DNA of 63,503 nt, the filler included, from Folioceros fuciformis (Eukaryota): the NCBI GenBank assembly GCA_049999805.1. It is 7 parts of 7 records of this genome, joined end to end, with 100 filler letters (N's around TTAATTAATTAA, not from the genome) between each part and the next. Parts side by side here need not be neighbours in the genome. Positions count along the whole stretch, not along the records: positions 26,110 to 30,032 come from JBNGIO010003634.1; positions 30,133 to 54,231 come from JBNGIO010003635.1; 5 more parts are not named here. One strand, written 5' to 3'. The notes under the pieces are model-generated. The model did no database searches. It saw only the letters and a program-made list of their open reading frames with translations, and was not told the origin of the DNA. Below are positions 26,010-38,767 of the stretch, one piece after another. How positions within the stretch are numbered: position 1 is the stretch's first letter; each line of letters begins with the position of its first letter. A program made the translations under genes and the position numbers.

Positions 26010-27591
26010 NNNNNNNNNNNNNNNNNNNNNNNNNNNNNNNNNNNNNNNNNNNNTTAATTAATTAANNNNNNNNNNNNNNNNNNNNNNNNNNNNNNNNNNN
26101 NNNNNNNNNATCTTACTCAACCTATGTGTAGACCCTCTCATTTTCTTGTCTACAATGTACAAATGGTTATAACAAGTGGTACAAAATGAAGCCCTTTTAT
26201 TTAATTATGTTGCTTGGATTTTCATCCATCCATTGGATCTCTCCTCGTATTTGCAATGGAAAGCTTAACTTTCTCATTCTGCACCTGCCATGCTTTCTCT
26301 AGAAATAGATCTTTCTTTAAAAATACATCGCGTTACAGGTTCATCATTCTCTATTTTAAGATCTAGGGTTTCTAGACACTTTAAGATTATTGTCTTGTTT
26401 GGATAGCTTCCGTAAAACTTGCACCGTATCCTCCGAGTCTCTGTCTTGCAAGACGAACTTAACCCAACCCAACCAAGGCCAGGTATGTCAAACGACCACC
26501 GTCGAATACGACAGGAAGCAGACTGTGTTTAGCAATAGGGAGGGACTTTACATTCACATTACCGATAATAGACGTTTCCTATCAACCAGAAATAGGTACT
26601 GGAACTCTCACAACTCAATTGGGGAACAATAAATCAGCTTTCCCATTTCTTGCCCCGACCTCCCTGGGGTACGAAGCCAGCGTTCGGTGAATTATTGAGC
26701 AACCGGTAGTTGTGCAGAATCCAAAAAGATTTTGGACCCTTCACAAAAGGCGGTCGGGGATACATTTGTACAACGAGGCATCCAAGATGGGTGTTCGCAT
26801 CAGAAGAGCCACCTACGTACATAGTGGAGAAAAATCCTGTGGAAGAGAGAAGGCTTGCAAGTTGTACAGCCGTAGCACAGCAACGATCATTCCTTGTAAA
26901 GAAGTCCACATCACAAACATTCACCCCTGTAAAAACACTTTCAGATGTAGGACAGAACCAACGGAATCGCTGACGATGCAAATTGCCAGCAAATCTCCTG
27001 CAGAGCCCCTGAATAGCTTGGCACCGGAGTCATTCTAGGCAGCAGCCTTAGCCCGTCAGGGCTACATGCGGTGAGAATGACAGGATGGATGGCAGTACAA
27101 AATCGCCGCTCCTGTCTTGGTCCCTGCAGACCTGCTCACGTCAGCTCTGGAATACTGAGAAATCCTGCTGCAATCGATGACCTCTGCCCATAACTAACTA
27201 GTATACATCAGAAACCAAACTGCAAAGGGATTGCAGTTCTGGCTGAATAATATAAGGCCCTACCACTCCATACTCAACAACACATGGAAAACTCCCCACT
27301 TCAGGCTAAGCTGGAGGTATATGTACGAAAGCAACTGTTGGAGGGCATCTCTGAGCACCAGCAGATAGATCACCGATGGCTGGCAGCTCAAATACACGTG
27401 CTTGTTTCACGTACTTATGCCCATGTCGACCTCGAAATGGCCACCCAAAAAAGGCCATACCTGCTGGCTATGCAGGCTGCTTACCTGTTGCTAGCACATC
27501 AATTATCGGGGGATGAAAACTTATCACCTCCGAAACACACTGGCAAGGGGTAACTCTTCGCCGGGAACTAACATCCTGGTACCAAGTAAGA

Positions 27592-29370
27592 TCAATATGG
27601 TTCACGAGAGGTAAAAAACTGAAAATCCGGATGATGAACACCCATTCTCTGCAGCCATACTTCTGCACCGTTCTTCAGATCATAATACTTCTTCGAAACC
27701 CTCCAGACTGGACCACGAAACTTATATGCGGACAGTCCAAATACAGGCAGCGTTCCTTCCACGTGTTGACCATCCCAACCCTGTACACCTCCACGAAGAA
27801 GTGGGTCTGCACTTACAATTTAAGTCATGGGTCAGTACCTCACAGGAAATGCAACTCGTAGTAAGACAATGGCAGCTTTCTCTATGCTTCCTCTCTTAAG
27901 AATATTCCCGTCTGATCAATGAAGGACGAGGATTCCAGATAGACCCCTTTCAGTGATCCTCAACGATCATGCAGTAGTACCTGGGGAGAGATGGTGGAAA
28001 GTGAGAAATGACGCATCGAGGCTGGCGAGCTTGGGTCCAGTTGGTATCCTGTAAATGGGATACCTGCAACCCGATGCTAAAACAAATGAGAGAAACTGAA
28101 GTGCAAAGCAAGCAAGGGACTCAGGACGCTGTCTTTCAAAGGGAAACAAACGATCCCAAAAAATACTAAAAGTGTGATTCGAGTAGCCTACCAGGCAACA
28201 GCCATCCAGCTCGATGGTCCAACTTCAGAAGATTCCAACGACCTTAGCGACTCAAACGATCTTACCTGGACAATGGCAACAGACAGGAGTGCATCACGGG
28301 ACACCCTCTTCAGTTACTGAGACCTCTCCTCATCAGCTAACTCCAAAAACTGCTCCCAAAATTGGACTTACCTTGTCAACAAAGGGCTCTCGATACCATG
28401 GACGAGTTTCCTCCATATATTGAAACTTCATCACCTCCTTCAAAGGTTCTGTACCAAAATCACCAAACTCAATCCTGACATTCCTGCTTAACCTCTCTCC
28501 ATCGCTATCGGAAGAGCTGTCTGTGGAGATGTCATAATCCGATTCATCTCCAGGTTTCCTACAACAGGGCAAGAGTAATTCATATCATACAACTCCAGGC
28601 ACCCTTCCTGAGGGTGAATTTCCACAGTATCAAAAGATAATGGCCAAGACTGACAAAACAGGTTCATAAGAAGAATATGCAGACAGCATGATGGACGGGC
28701 GAGTTATGTTTGTGAGAGAGCAACAAACCTGAAGGGAACGTTTGCACGGCATACTGCCACAGTGTAAATCTGGATCGCTGAAAGTGTTGGAACATAATAT
28801 TGGGTGAAAGGAGATTCAAAATCTAGTTCGATAGGCACGCCAGCTCCATAGGCACTCCATTCCTCATACGCACTCCACAGATCATCCAGTACATAAAATG
28901 CCTGAGACACAGTCCCAGAGGTCCAGCTTTTCTTCGCGCTGGTCTGCATCAGTAGTTGGAGTCGAGTCAGTACAGCGTAAAGCTCCACATGCTCAAATTA
29001 GGACACCAAGGTTCTAAGCCAGCAGAAATCAGATGATTCTCATCAACTCAGAAGTAAACCAAGGATTCCAAACAATAGTTATGCAAAGCAATCGGGACGT
29101 GCGAACCTACTCCAGAGGGAAAGACAAAGACAATGATCATCTCACCTTCGGCAGGAACCTCGCTGTCACCTTCGGTGTTACTGCCTGCAAAAATCGCTCC
29201 AAATTTACGGAACCCGATTCCTTGGCAGGCTCATACCTTGTCGACACATAACCTTGCATCAAGGGGATGGAAGACTTTTGACGGCATCCTGAAAAGTACT
29301 CGGAGCTTTGCTTATGATGTGCAGCATATGACGGCACTTGAGGACGGTGACGTCCCGACGGACCACTCAT
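27592..29370 (-). CDS. DUF789 family protein, multi-exon
   Basis: NLERFLQAVTPKV, LDDLWSAYEEWSAYGAGVP, QYYVPTLSAIQIYT, FQYMEE..PWYREP, SWMAVAW|YPIYRIPTG..LDASFLTFHHLS, FGLSAYKFRG and terminal WLQRMGVHHPDFQFF. Start codon uncertain. Confidence 0.9.
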
Positions 29371-30315
29371 AGATCCAACCTTTTTGTCTCCAAAATATGG
29401 TTTCTCGCAGAAGCGAAAAGGTGTTTGCTAATCTGTCATCAACAGTAGGCAAGTGAGGGCCGGGAGAGAGCTCGGATGCAAACGACCGGCCAAACGACTA
29501 CCACATTCTATTTTCCACAAGTAAAAGGAGCCAACAGACGGATCCCACGACAACGCCACACCGAGGCATCCACATTACAACTGCCGCAGAGCAGACACGA
29601 TAAGCCACTCAAACCACATGCAGAAGTTCAAAATTCGTCACAAAACATTCTCNNNNNNNNNNNNNNNNNNNNNNNNNNNNNNNNNNNNNNNNNNNNNNNN
29701 NNNNNNNNNNNNNNNNNNNNNNNNNNNNNNNNNNNNNNNNNNNNNNNNNNNNAAAACCAGCTGCGCATCAGACAGAAGAAGCCGGCTCTATTGAAGGCAA
29801 ACCAGACAAATACAACAAAGCCATTACCGGCAGTCAATCTAATCCATCGGCAACTCCTGCAAGTCTCCTAGCATCGCAGGGAGACCACAAATCCGCGCCA
29901 AACCTGGCGACCGGCAGATCCAAGGAATTACCTCCACCACGCATTCCTGCCATTTCTCCCTACCTGAAAACCGGCAGCAACACCAGATGCGCCTCCGAAT
30001 CGAATAAAATCAGCTGAGGCAAAGCGATTCGCNNNNNNNNNNNNNNNNNNNNNNNNNNNNNNNNNNNNNNNNNNNNTTAATTAATTAANNNNNNNNNNNN
30101 NNNNNNNNNNNNNNNNNNNNNNNNNNNNNNNNCCTTAACGGCCTCGCCCGCGTCGTGTCGTGCTATCTCCGCCTTGCCCCGCGCCACGCCCTTGCAAAGC
30201 TTCACGACTCACGCCAGACGCGATTCGCGATTCGCGATTCTCGAATTCAAGTCTGGCCGTGGCCGGCCTCACTTATTATCACTCCTGGCAACGGTAATTT
30301 GCAATTACCCCGACG

Positions 30316-30385
30316 CGGCACGGCACGGCACGGCACGGCACGGCACGGCACGGCACGGCGCGGCCCGGCGCGGCCCGGCCCGGTC
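30316..30385. repeat. (CGGCA)n pentanucleotide microsatellite grading into CGGCG/CGGCC
   Basis: Eight CGGCA units followed by variant units, read directly. Confidence 0.9.
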
Positions 30386-30692
30386 CGAACCTGAGCGCGA
30401 GGCGAAGCCGAGCCACGCAGGATCCGGATCCGGATCTGGATACGCCACCGCCACCCAGGGCCAAGCTTCATAATGCCACCGTGTCGTCGCAACGGTGCTG
30501 CGATCCAGGCTTTGCGTGCTAGGGATTTGGTTTGGGGGAATCATTTGTCCTTAACCCAACCGCTCTTTTCAACATCGCCTAATTAATTTGCAACAAGATT
30601 CCAACTTGCTCTAACGTAGGTGAGTACTACTAGTACAGTCGGGCAGCCATTGCACAAGGCACACTCTATTTACTACTCACCATACCGTGAGT

Positions 30693-30803
30693 GAGATGGA
30701 CTGTGATTTGGGTTGCAAATGAAGATTTGAGGTGGAGTGTGATTTCGGTTGCAAATAAAGAGTGTGAGGTGGAGTGAGGTTTCGGTTGCAAAACAAGAGT
30801 TTG
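30693..30803. repeat. ~36-37 bp tandem repeat, ~3 copies
   Basis: The core ggttgcaaa recurs at 30711, 30747 and 30784 with similar flanks (gaggtggagtg..atttc). Confidence 0.8.
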
Positions 30804-31689
30804 ATCATGGATTCAAAGGGAGTACATTACTACATACTTATTGTATAATGTTGCATGTCTCGAGGCCCCTCTTGAAAAATTGAAACCACCTACCTCTCTT
30901 GGAAAAGCCCATCTACATGAACATGCTTACGTGAGATCACATCTTGTATTCAACGCATTTCTTATCACATAGTACATAAAATAAGCAAACACAACGGTTA
31001 GTACTAATATGCTCAATGGACATAGGGAGTTTGGTTCTTTGGAAACGGTTGGACCCAACATGCCACTTCACAAGTTAGTGATGGCATACGCCTTACCAAG
31101 ACTATAGCCCCTATACAAACTCACAACCAAGTACTCTTGAGTGCATAGGCCTTCAAATCGACAATGATGTTACTTGCTCACCTCACAGCCCTTATGATGT
31201 CACGGCCAGGAACTTGTGGCAAGATTCTTGTAGCGAGACACCTTCCGTTGCTGTTGCTGTTGCTGATGCTATGTTCCTCCTTTAATCTTCAAGTTTCCTG
31301 ACTGTGACTGCAGTATCACGTGACATACGGAGAGCAGGGTGCACACTTCATTGAATCAACAAGACACAAAGCTCCTAGACTGNNNNNNNNNNACTTCATT
31401 GAATCAACAAGACACAAAGCTCCTAGACTGACCCACAAGCACAAACGATAGTCGGGGATTACACTTGATGGTACACTGAAATCTAGCAATAGAGACAGGC
31501 ATGTAGGCCCTCTGCTTGACTCTTGCCATGAAGGCCATAGCTTTATTCGACTTCTCCCCTCCTTTTTGTTGTGTGGCTCCTGAGACCGTCCCTCTTGATC
31601 TCCTATTAATCTCTAGGCACAATCATCATCCTTCCTCTTGTGATCTATATGCCCTATCTATATGATCTATATGATCTATATGACCTATA

Positions 31690-31945
31690 TGGCACCTATC
31701 TCCCTTCATAGGAACAAGTATGTTATAATAGCTACTGATTATGTCACAAAGGGGATTGAAGCTCATGCCTTACCATCCTTATCAAGGGAACTCACATGAT
31801 ATTTCTTGTACTCGAATGTGATCACCAGGTTTCGATGTCCAATAGAGATAGTGAGTGACCAAGGATGGAAGGAGTGGCGCAATCATCATCCTTCCTCATG
31901 TCGATCTATTAAGTGACCAAGGACAAGAGTTTATAAACAGCATGA
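31690..31945 (+). mobile_element. Ty3/gypsy integrase remnant
   Basis: Degenerate GNKYVIIATDYVTKGIEA and VITRFRCPIEIVSDQG..QEFINS, typical of the rve core of Tat/Athila-type elements. Confidence 0.7.
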
Positions 31946-32646
31946 TGGAAGGAGTGGCTCAATCATCATTCTTCCTCATGTCGATCTATATGTCCACGAT
32001 GGAAAGAGTGGCGCAATCATCATCCTTCCTCATGTCGATCAATATGTCCATCACAAGAAGGTTGTTACAAAAAATGGTTTCATGAAGTGCTCCATACCTT
32101 ATTGCTTCTGCCAATCCTTCCTTGACAGAGCTTCTTCTAGGACTATAATGGATGCACACATCCCATAGACCACATAAATACTTATAAAAAATATATCATA
32201 AACCCTAAACCTTATAAACAATATATTGTAAACCCTAAGCCCTAAAATCCATACAATAATAATTCAAAAAACTCAAGTAAAAATAGAAAATGTTTTTCCT
32301 TAAAATAATGACAATATAATATAATCATAAGATGTTCCTTGGCCTTTGAGACTTTGGTGTTGTATATTTGTGTGTTTGAATTTACATTCATTTGTGCATG
32401 GTTCTCGAATTTTAAACATTCTATGAAAGATTTTATAACTGTCTATATATGTGAACTTTAAAGTGATTTGAATAGAATTAATTATGGTTAACGGCAATAA
32501 TAAGTCAACTAGTTTTTTTAGATTAATTCAAGGCATAGATTATCAAAGAGTTAGAGCATTAATTTGATTGAGATTCACGGGAGTAAGTGAACTACTACTA
32601 TTGATAGTAGTTGTATCCACAAAAGGTGGTGGATATATAGATCGAC

Positions 32647-33747
32647 ATGGGCTTTCTATATAACATATTTTGCTTTGTGGTAAGTTATGTATGTAATCTC
32701 GTTAACAAAGATTACATGAACAAAAAATTTACTACAGCAAGCAACAACAACAAGGTAACACTAAGTGAGGTTGAGGAATATAGTTGTATGAGTACCTTTT
32801 GCAATCAAGATGGTATGAGAAAACCTAATGCAACTCTTAGCAACAAGGTGACGCATACAGATGTTGCAAAGTATAGTTGTGGGCATAATCTTCACTTGAA
32901 GGGAGATGATCCTATAATACATGCTACGAGTCTTAGCGACAAGCCAACTCAAAGAGAGGCTACAAAATATAGTTGCATGCGTAACCTTCATTATCAAGAT
33001 TATGTGGGAAAACCTGTTGTGAGCCTTAGCAAAAAGTTAATGGGTCGCGAGGTTGTGAAATATAGTCCAACGCGTAACCTTGATCTTCAAGATTTTGTTA
33101 AGGAACTTTTGGCTACTAGTACTCTTAGCTGCAAGCCAAATGGAAGACAAATTGTGAAATCCAAGCCTAGGGTATTAGCACGTACGAATTCTGTAAATGA
33201 TCCCACAGTAAGATTTTTCTTCCAACTTTGTCTTTTGAATTGAAGTTTTCATTAGACATAAGCATAATACTTTGATTATGCTGAATGCACAATATTTATA
33301 ATGATGATTTTTTGTATGATTACTTTCCAGATATGTTTGAAATGCAAGCGCCCAAAGTATAGTAATGTGTGGACGTCAAGAACGGACTCGATTAAACCGG
33401 AAAAGATAGAGTGTGATACATTTAAGAAGAGTCCGAAAAGGAACTGCTCAAAGTTTGGGTTCCAAGACATGCATGATATTTCATTAGAACGCTCGTTGAA
33501 ACAAAGAAGGATAGAGTTTGATACATTTAAGAAGGGTCTGAAAAGGAACTACTCAAAGTTTGGTTTTCATGACATGGATGACATCTCATTAGAACGCTCG
33601 TTGAAACAAAGAAGGATAGAGTTTGATACACGAAAGGATTTGAATAGAAAGCGCCATGAGTTTCGGTTCCATGACCTGGATGACATCTTATTAGAACGTG
33701 CTTTCAAGCGAAGAAGCTTAGAGCTTGATATGTGTACAAAGTTTTAG
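32647..33747 (+). CDS. Uncharacterised two-exon repeat-containing protein (32647-33207, 33331-33747; 325 aa)
   Basis: Two long ORFs in AT-rich DNA join in frame through a phase-0 intron (aca|gtaaga ... tactttccag|ata). Both carry internal peptide repeats. No family recognised. Confidence 0.55.
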
Positions 33748-34510
33748 GGTTCATCACCTAGATTACATGTGAGAGCTTCACTTTTCAAAATGAAGAAACA
33801 TGAAGTACACTATAAAGGGAAGTGCAAGGAAATGGATTTGTAGGCCCTTTCATTGGGCTATTCCCTTTTCTTTAAGGGGTAGATAGGTTTGTGTCTCTTC
33901 TCTTCTTTATATTAAAGTAGTCTTTATATTTACCCAAATGGGTAGTGATAAAGCTTGCATTTTGTGCTTGGATGGGTGTTTAGATGAGGTGCCTAAAGTG
34001 AAGGATTCCCATGTTACAATTGGCTAGGACAGTCATCGTACAAGTTATTGAGTTTCGAGTTGCAAACAAAAAATCCAGCCCTATAGCCAAGTAGTCTATT
34101 TTCAAGGCCTCATCTTCCTTCCAAAGTAATTAGGCCTACATCTAGAAGAGTCTAGGTCTATCATGCATACTTATGTGAGTAACTTGGTGCAACATCTATA
34201 CAGATTGCCCTCATAACGTATGATAAGTAAAATAAGAAAAAGTTTCTCGGAGGAATTATTTTTTGACTTTTCAGTCTTTCTCTCTGTAGATCATGTTTTT
34301 TAAATTTAATAAATAGTGACGTGTAGGCCTCAGATTTGCAAAATATTCACGAAAAAAAACTCTATTTTTTAGCTCGGACTTTGCGATTTGGCGGCATGTG
34401 CCGTTTTGCCGCGAATTGCCTTGACGATGAGAATCCAAATGTGAACTGTGAAGGGCAAGCGCGGTATCTGTTGCGGGAATCACACTATGCGCTCGTACGC
34501 TGGAGATGGC

Positions 34511-37500
34511 ATGAGATCCTCTGAAGCTGTAAAGCAGGATGATAAGCAGTTGGAGGTTTGCCTTTCTTCAACGCAATTTGGTGGCATTGCTCGGCTGACA
34601 ATTGAAGGTTTTGCGATTCACGTCTTTCGTCGTCTGCTCTATGCAGGGTTGGTTTATCCTTCATGGACCTCCGGAAGGTGCAAGAGCAAGAGCTCCAGCT
34701 GCAGTTGTCAGGCTTGATTCCAGCGCGGCTGCACTTGGCAGCTGCGTCCAAGGGGCGAAAACTGGTCCTGCTGAAGGTTACGAGGGTCGCAGGCTGACAA
34801 GAAGCATGGCACGGCTGCAGGAGGCTGGAGGAGTTGAGGAGGAGGCTTCAGAATCAGAGGAAAACGCAGTGAGCAGCGGTACTGATGAAGAAGCGGGGCC
34901 TGATGAACAGTATGCAGAGTTACATGAATGTTTACCAGGGGAACCTGCCGAGTGCAGGCTGTGGCGTGCACAGGCGTTTTCTGATGTCTGGGCTTGCGTT
35001 GAGGAGTCCATTAAGGTGCTTTTGGGTGCCAGTTGGGATGGCTGATTGTTGAGTGGGTCATGGCACCTTTAGACAGTGCTGGCAAACACTGGAATGAGGG
35101 TGCTAGTAGTGATTGGCTCGTGGGTTGATGGCAGTATGCCCAGGAGGAGCAAAATAGGAGCGTATTCGAAAGCATACGGCAATGGATATTGGGGGTTCAC
35201 GCTTGCAGCAAGCAGTTGGAGCTCTACAGCTCCTCCGGTGGGGAAGGCCAGACGTGGCCAGTAAGCAGGGAAGGTGTCAATCAACAGCTTCATACAGGCC
35301 TCTTTTTTCTTGGTATGTGTTTGTGTGGACGCACGCATGAGGATCGCATCGTGTTACAGACATGATAGTCAACGTTGTCATCTTTAGGGAGGATGGATCT
35401 TGCTTATCTTAAGTGGACATTACAGGTGGTGTCGATGCCTCTGATCACGCAAGAACATTTAAAGACCTGGCAATACACCTTAAGGAGGCCAAGTGTCATG
35501 TGGCAAGTCTTTCAGCTTCAGACTTTCTCTGCAGAGCAGGTGTATCTGGGCCGCTTTGCTGCCTGTTGAGGCAGTTTGTAGGCATCGACCCAGAAGTAAG
35601 GGCCTTGACATCTGAAGCTGTTGCTTTCACGGCTCGAAAGGTTTTATAGTCTCATGTGCCCTGCCTGCTCTATCAGACCACTGATTTGGAGGTTTTGGCT
35701 GCATGGCATCGGGAGCCAGCCAATCAAGCCTTTCCCCTTGTGATTATGATTGAGGCAGCAGAGTCTTCCAAATCAAGTGTTCTGGCAGATTTGATTGTTG
35801 GTCTCAGGTGGGTCAGCGGCATCTTGTTTTGAGTTCATCTTTGACTTACAGCGACATCCTGATTGTTGCTACGCTAGCCTTTTCTGTTTTTGGCGTTGAT
35901 GATTATGACACGGCTGTAGATGAAGCCGTTGCCCATGTCCATGGTGTGGTGTGGAGTAACACTACCGGTCGTGATGTTCCCAGTGAGTGGATTGGGGAGC
36001 TCCCAATTATTCTGATTATGGGGTTAGCAACGACAGCAGATTGCCTCCGGAAGTCGTTGCCAGCAAGTGCCTTGGAGCGACTCAAACCTTGTAAATTCAG
36101 TTTGAGATCTCCTGCTGATCGACTTGAAGCAGTGGTCAGGGCCACTTTGGTGGAGTCATTCTTTGGCTTTGAAGTTGGACAGCGCGTAGCAGAGTTCATG
36201 CAAACATATTTTTCAACGCACGATCTTACAGTCTCCTTTCTTCTACGGTCACTGAAGGTCAGCCAATTCTTGGTGCAAAAGATGCAGTCCTATGTTCTTG
36301 GTGGCAGGACCCATTTGAAATGCAAGTTAACTGGTTGAGTCCCATCTAAGTAGATCCATCTTATAGCGTTCGGTTCAAATTCTAGAAGCTTTAAAGCAGG
36401 AGAGGTGTGGGATGGTTCATGCAGGTTGCATGTGTTGAGCACTTCTGTAGAGAGCCACTGAGTTTTCTGTGTTCCAAACTTTTTGACGCCAAAAGTCTGG
36501 TACTATACATTCCTCTTCCTCTGTGATGCACAGTGTTGTAGCTATTGTCAGTAGCTTGTTTGGTCAAGGTCTCCAAGAAATGTGATGTTTGTGATGGTTA
36601 TCAAATGACAGGCCGAGTTTGAAGAACATTGCTCATCCCTTAAAGAAGTACATATCCAGTATGTGATGTCACTTTCTTCGATGCCAAGGTTTGTGCAGGC
36701 TACATCGTTACCCCGCGAGATGCCATCGAATCCTGTTTTTTGTAGAGGCTGAGCAAGTAAAGTACATCTTCATGAAGGCAGTCGTTTAACAGGATCGTCG
36801 ATTATCTCAGTGAAGGACATTATGCTTAATCTGGCCTCTTCTGCCACTTCAACAGCAGAAACATCAATGTGCAAAGTGGACAAATCTCCACCAGAGAGAT
36901 AGCCAATTCATTATGGGAGCTGAGACACCGGAAAAGGAACTGGTGCATGGCGTTGCTAGTAAGTCAATCACAGCTTTTGCTTTGTCACCTCGAACTTCGT
37001 GCATTGAGTCGCGAGTTGGAGAGGGCCATGGTGTACATGATGAGAATCTCGTTTTCACAGACTTGGAATCCTGTTGCTGGCAGTGTCTCCAATGTGCTGG
37101 GAAACATGTTGGCTATGGTTTCATTGATCTGTTTTGCAAAGCCTTGCAACCATCCCCAAACCAGTTGTTTGACGTAATATCTAAAGTGAAGTGAGTATTA
37201 CGGTGTTTGTGAAGGTTTCATTTCTGTGCGATCTGATAATCTTTCAATCGCAGCTGAAGAGGTTTGCTGTCTCGTGTCGTTGCATTCACTTGTGTAATGG
37301 CATCAGAGGTTTAGCACTGCCGATCCTCACAAGCCTGGTGGACGAGTGGAAATGTATAACGGGCCACGTGAAGGAGGTTGGCAAACACGATACTTTCTTG
37401 CAAGCTGTCCAAATTATGTCCTGCAAATGCGGCATTGTGATGACTCTGAATCTGCGGCCTCTTGAAAGTTTCAGCTAGATGACCAAATTTCTGCCTTAAG

Positions 37501-38693
37501 GTCCAAAATCCTAGACGGAGACAAGATACCTTGTCAAGATGCTATCCCAGCAGCAACCCTTCAGGCTGGGATGAATCGCTCTCAACTCAGGAAGTGAGTG
37601 TAATCTTTGGCGTTGTGTGATATGGCGTGTGCCTAGTGCTTGGGAGTGACATGTCTGGCACATCAGTATTGTGTACTGTGATGAAATCATTTACCTTGTC
37701 TGAATCCCTCTACTACAGCATGGTGAAACAAATAAACATAGCTTCCAAGAAGCCAGTGGCAAACTCGGCCGGCTCCTCAGTTGCACAGTTTCTCGAACAT
37801 GTTGTCGGGTAAGTGTGATCTACCATTCCCTAGCAAGATTTTCGCGGACTTGAATCCTTTAGCTACGATGCGCTCTCTCTGTCAGGTGTGCTCTTGTTCA
37901 TAACAGTGCAACCGTGATGATTTTGCAGGAAATACTTGGTTCCAGTGGAATCGCTACCTCTGCATGAGGTGGTCTGTTTTAAGGGGCATGAATTCCTCAA
38001 GCAGGTATGTTTGGAAGCAAGCTGTACTGGGCAACGTTCATGTCAGGCAGTTTATTTATGCCATCTCACCAGTCTTGATTGCTTTCCTTAAAGGCACTGA
38101 TCGGGGAGACCCGGCGAAAAGTCCAATCCGACTTGGCCCATCCGCAGGCTCGCCTGCAGTGTAGATGCTGTGCCCCTACCACATCGCACTGCGATACAAG
38201 TCCGGATGCCTGCCTTGGGTGAGCGGAGCCTGTTCTGAATCGAGTCCAGTCCTCACAGCAAACGGTGGCTCCTAATCTTTCATGTTCCGTCCTGGCAGGT
38301 TTTCTTTGGCCCAGGAGCATCCTGACCACATCAACGTTCATGACTGGTACCAGTCGTTTGCGACCATCTTGTCCAGTAGCGCGCTTGCAGTTCAAGCATC
38401 ATCGCCACGGAAGAGAAAGAGGGGCCGGCCCCGGAAGAATCCCGTTCCCGCGCCCCCAATTCCACAGCCTACGCCTCGTATCAGCAGGGCCGTCATCCAG
38501 TATCCATCCTCTTTTATCCAGGTATTTCTTGCATGTGCGATTTTTGTTTCTCGTTGTGCCGGTTTTACCTTAACGTGCTCAAAACAGAGCAAGGTTTTCC
38601 AAAGCTGCTGCAGAGCTCCAACTTTTGGGGATGGTGCGGTTTCCTAAGAAGAAGCGGCCTGACTTCATTCAGCGTGCTGCCTTTGGCTTCTGA
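34511..38693 (+). CDS. ORC3: Origin recognition complex subunit 3, multi-exon
   Basis: GWFILH near the N-terminus; EWIGELPIILIMGLATTADCLRKSLP..ALERL; YLVPVESLPLHEVVCFK; PDACL..SLAQEHPDHINVHDWYQSF; C-terminal QARFSKAAAELQLLGMVRFPKKKRPDFIQRAAFGF*, characteristic of plant ORC3. Start codon approximate. Confidence 0.92.
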
Positions 38694-38767
38694 ATTCAGC
38701 CTTGTCCGTGAAAGATTCTATTAACGAAGAATTTCGGAGTCCTGTCTAGCTCTCTACTATCTGATCC

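Noticed and set aside
31345..31433. Direct repeats flanking gaps (also 62338-62482)
   Set aside because: Identical sequence on both sides of an N-gap indicates unmerged contig overlaps.
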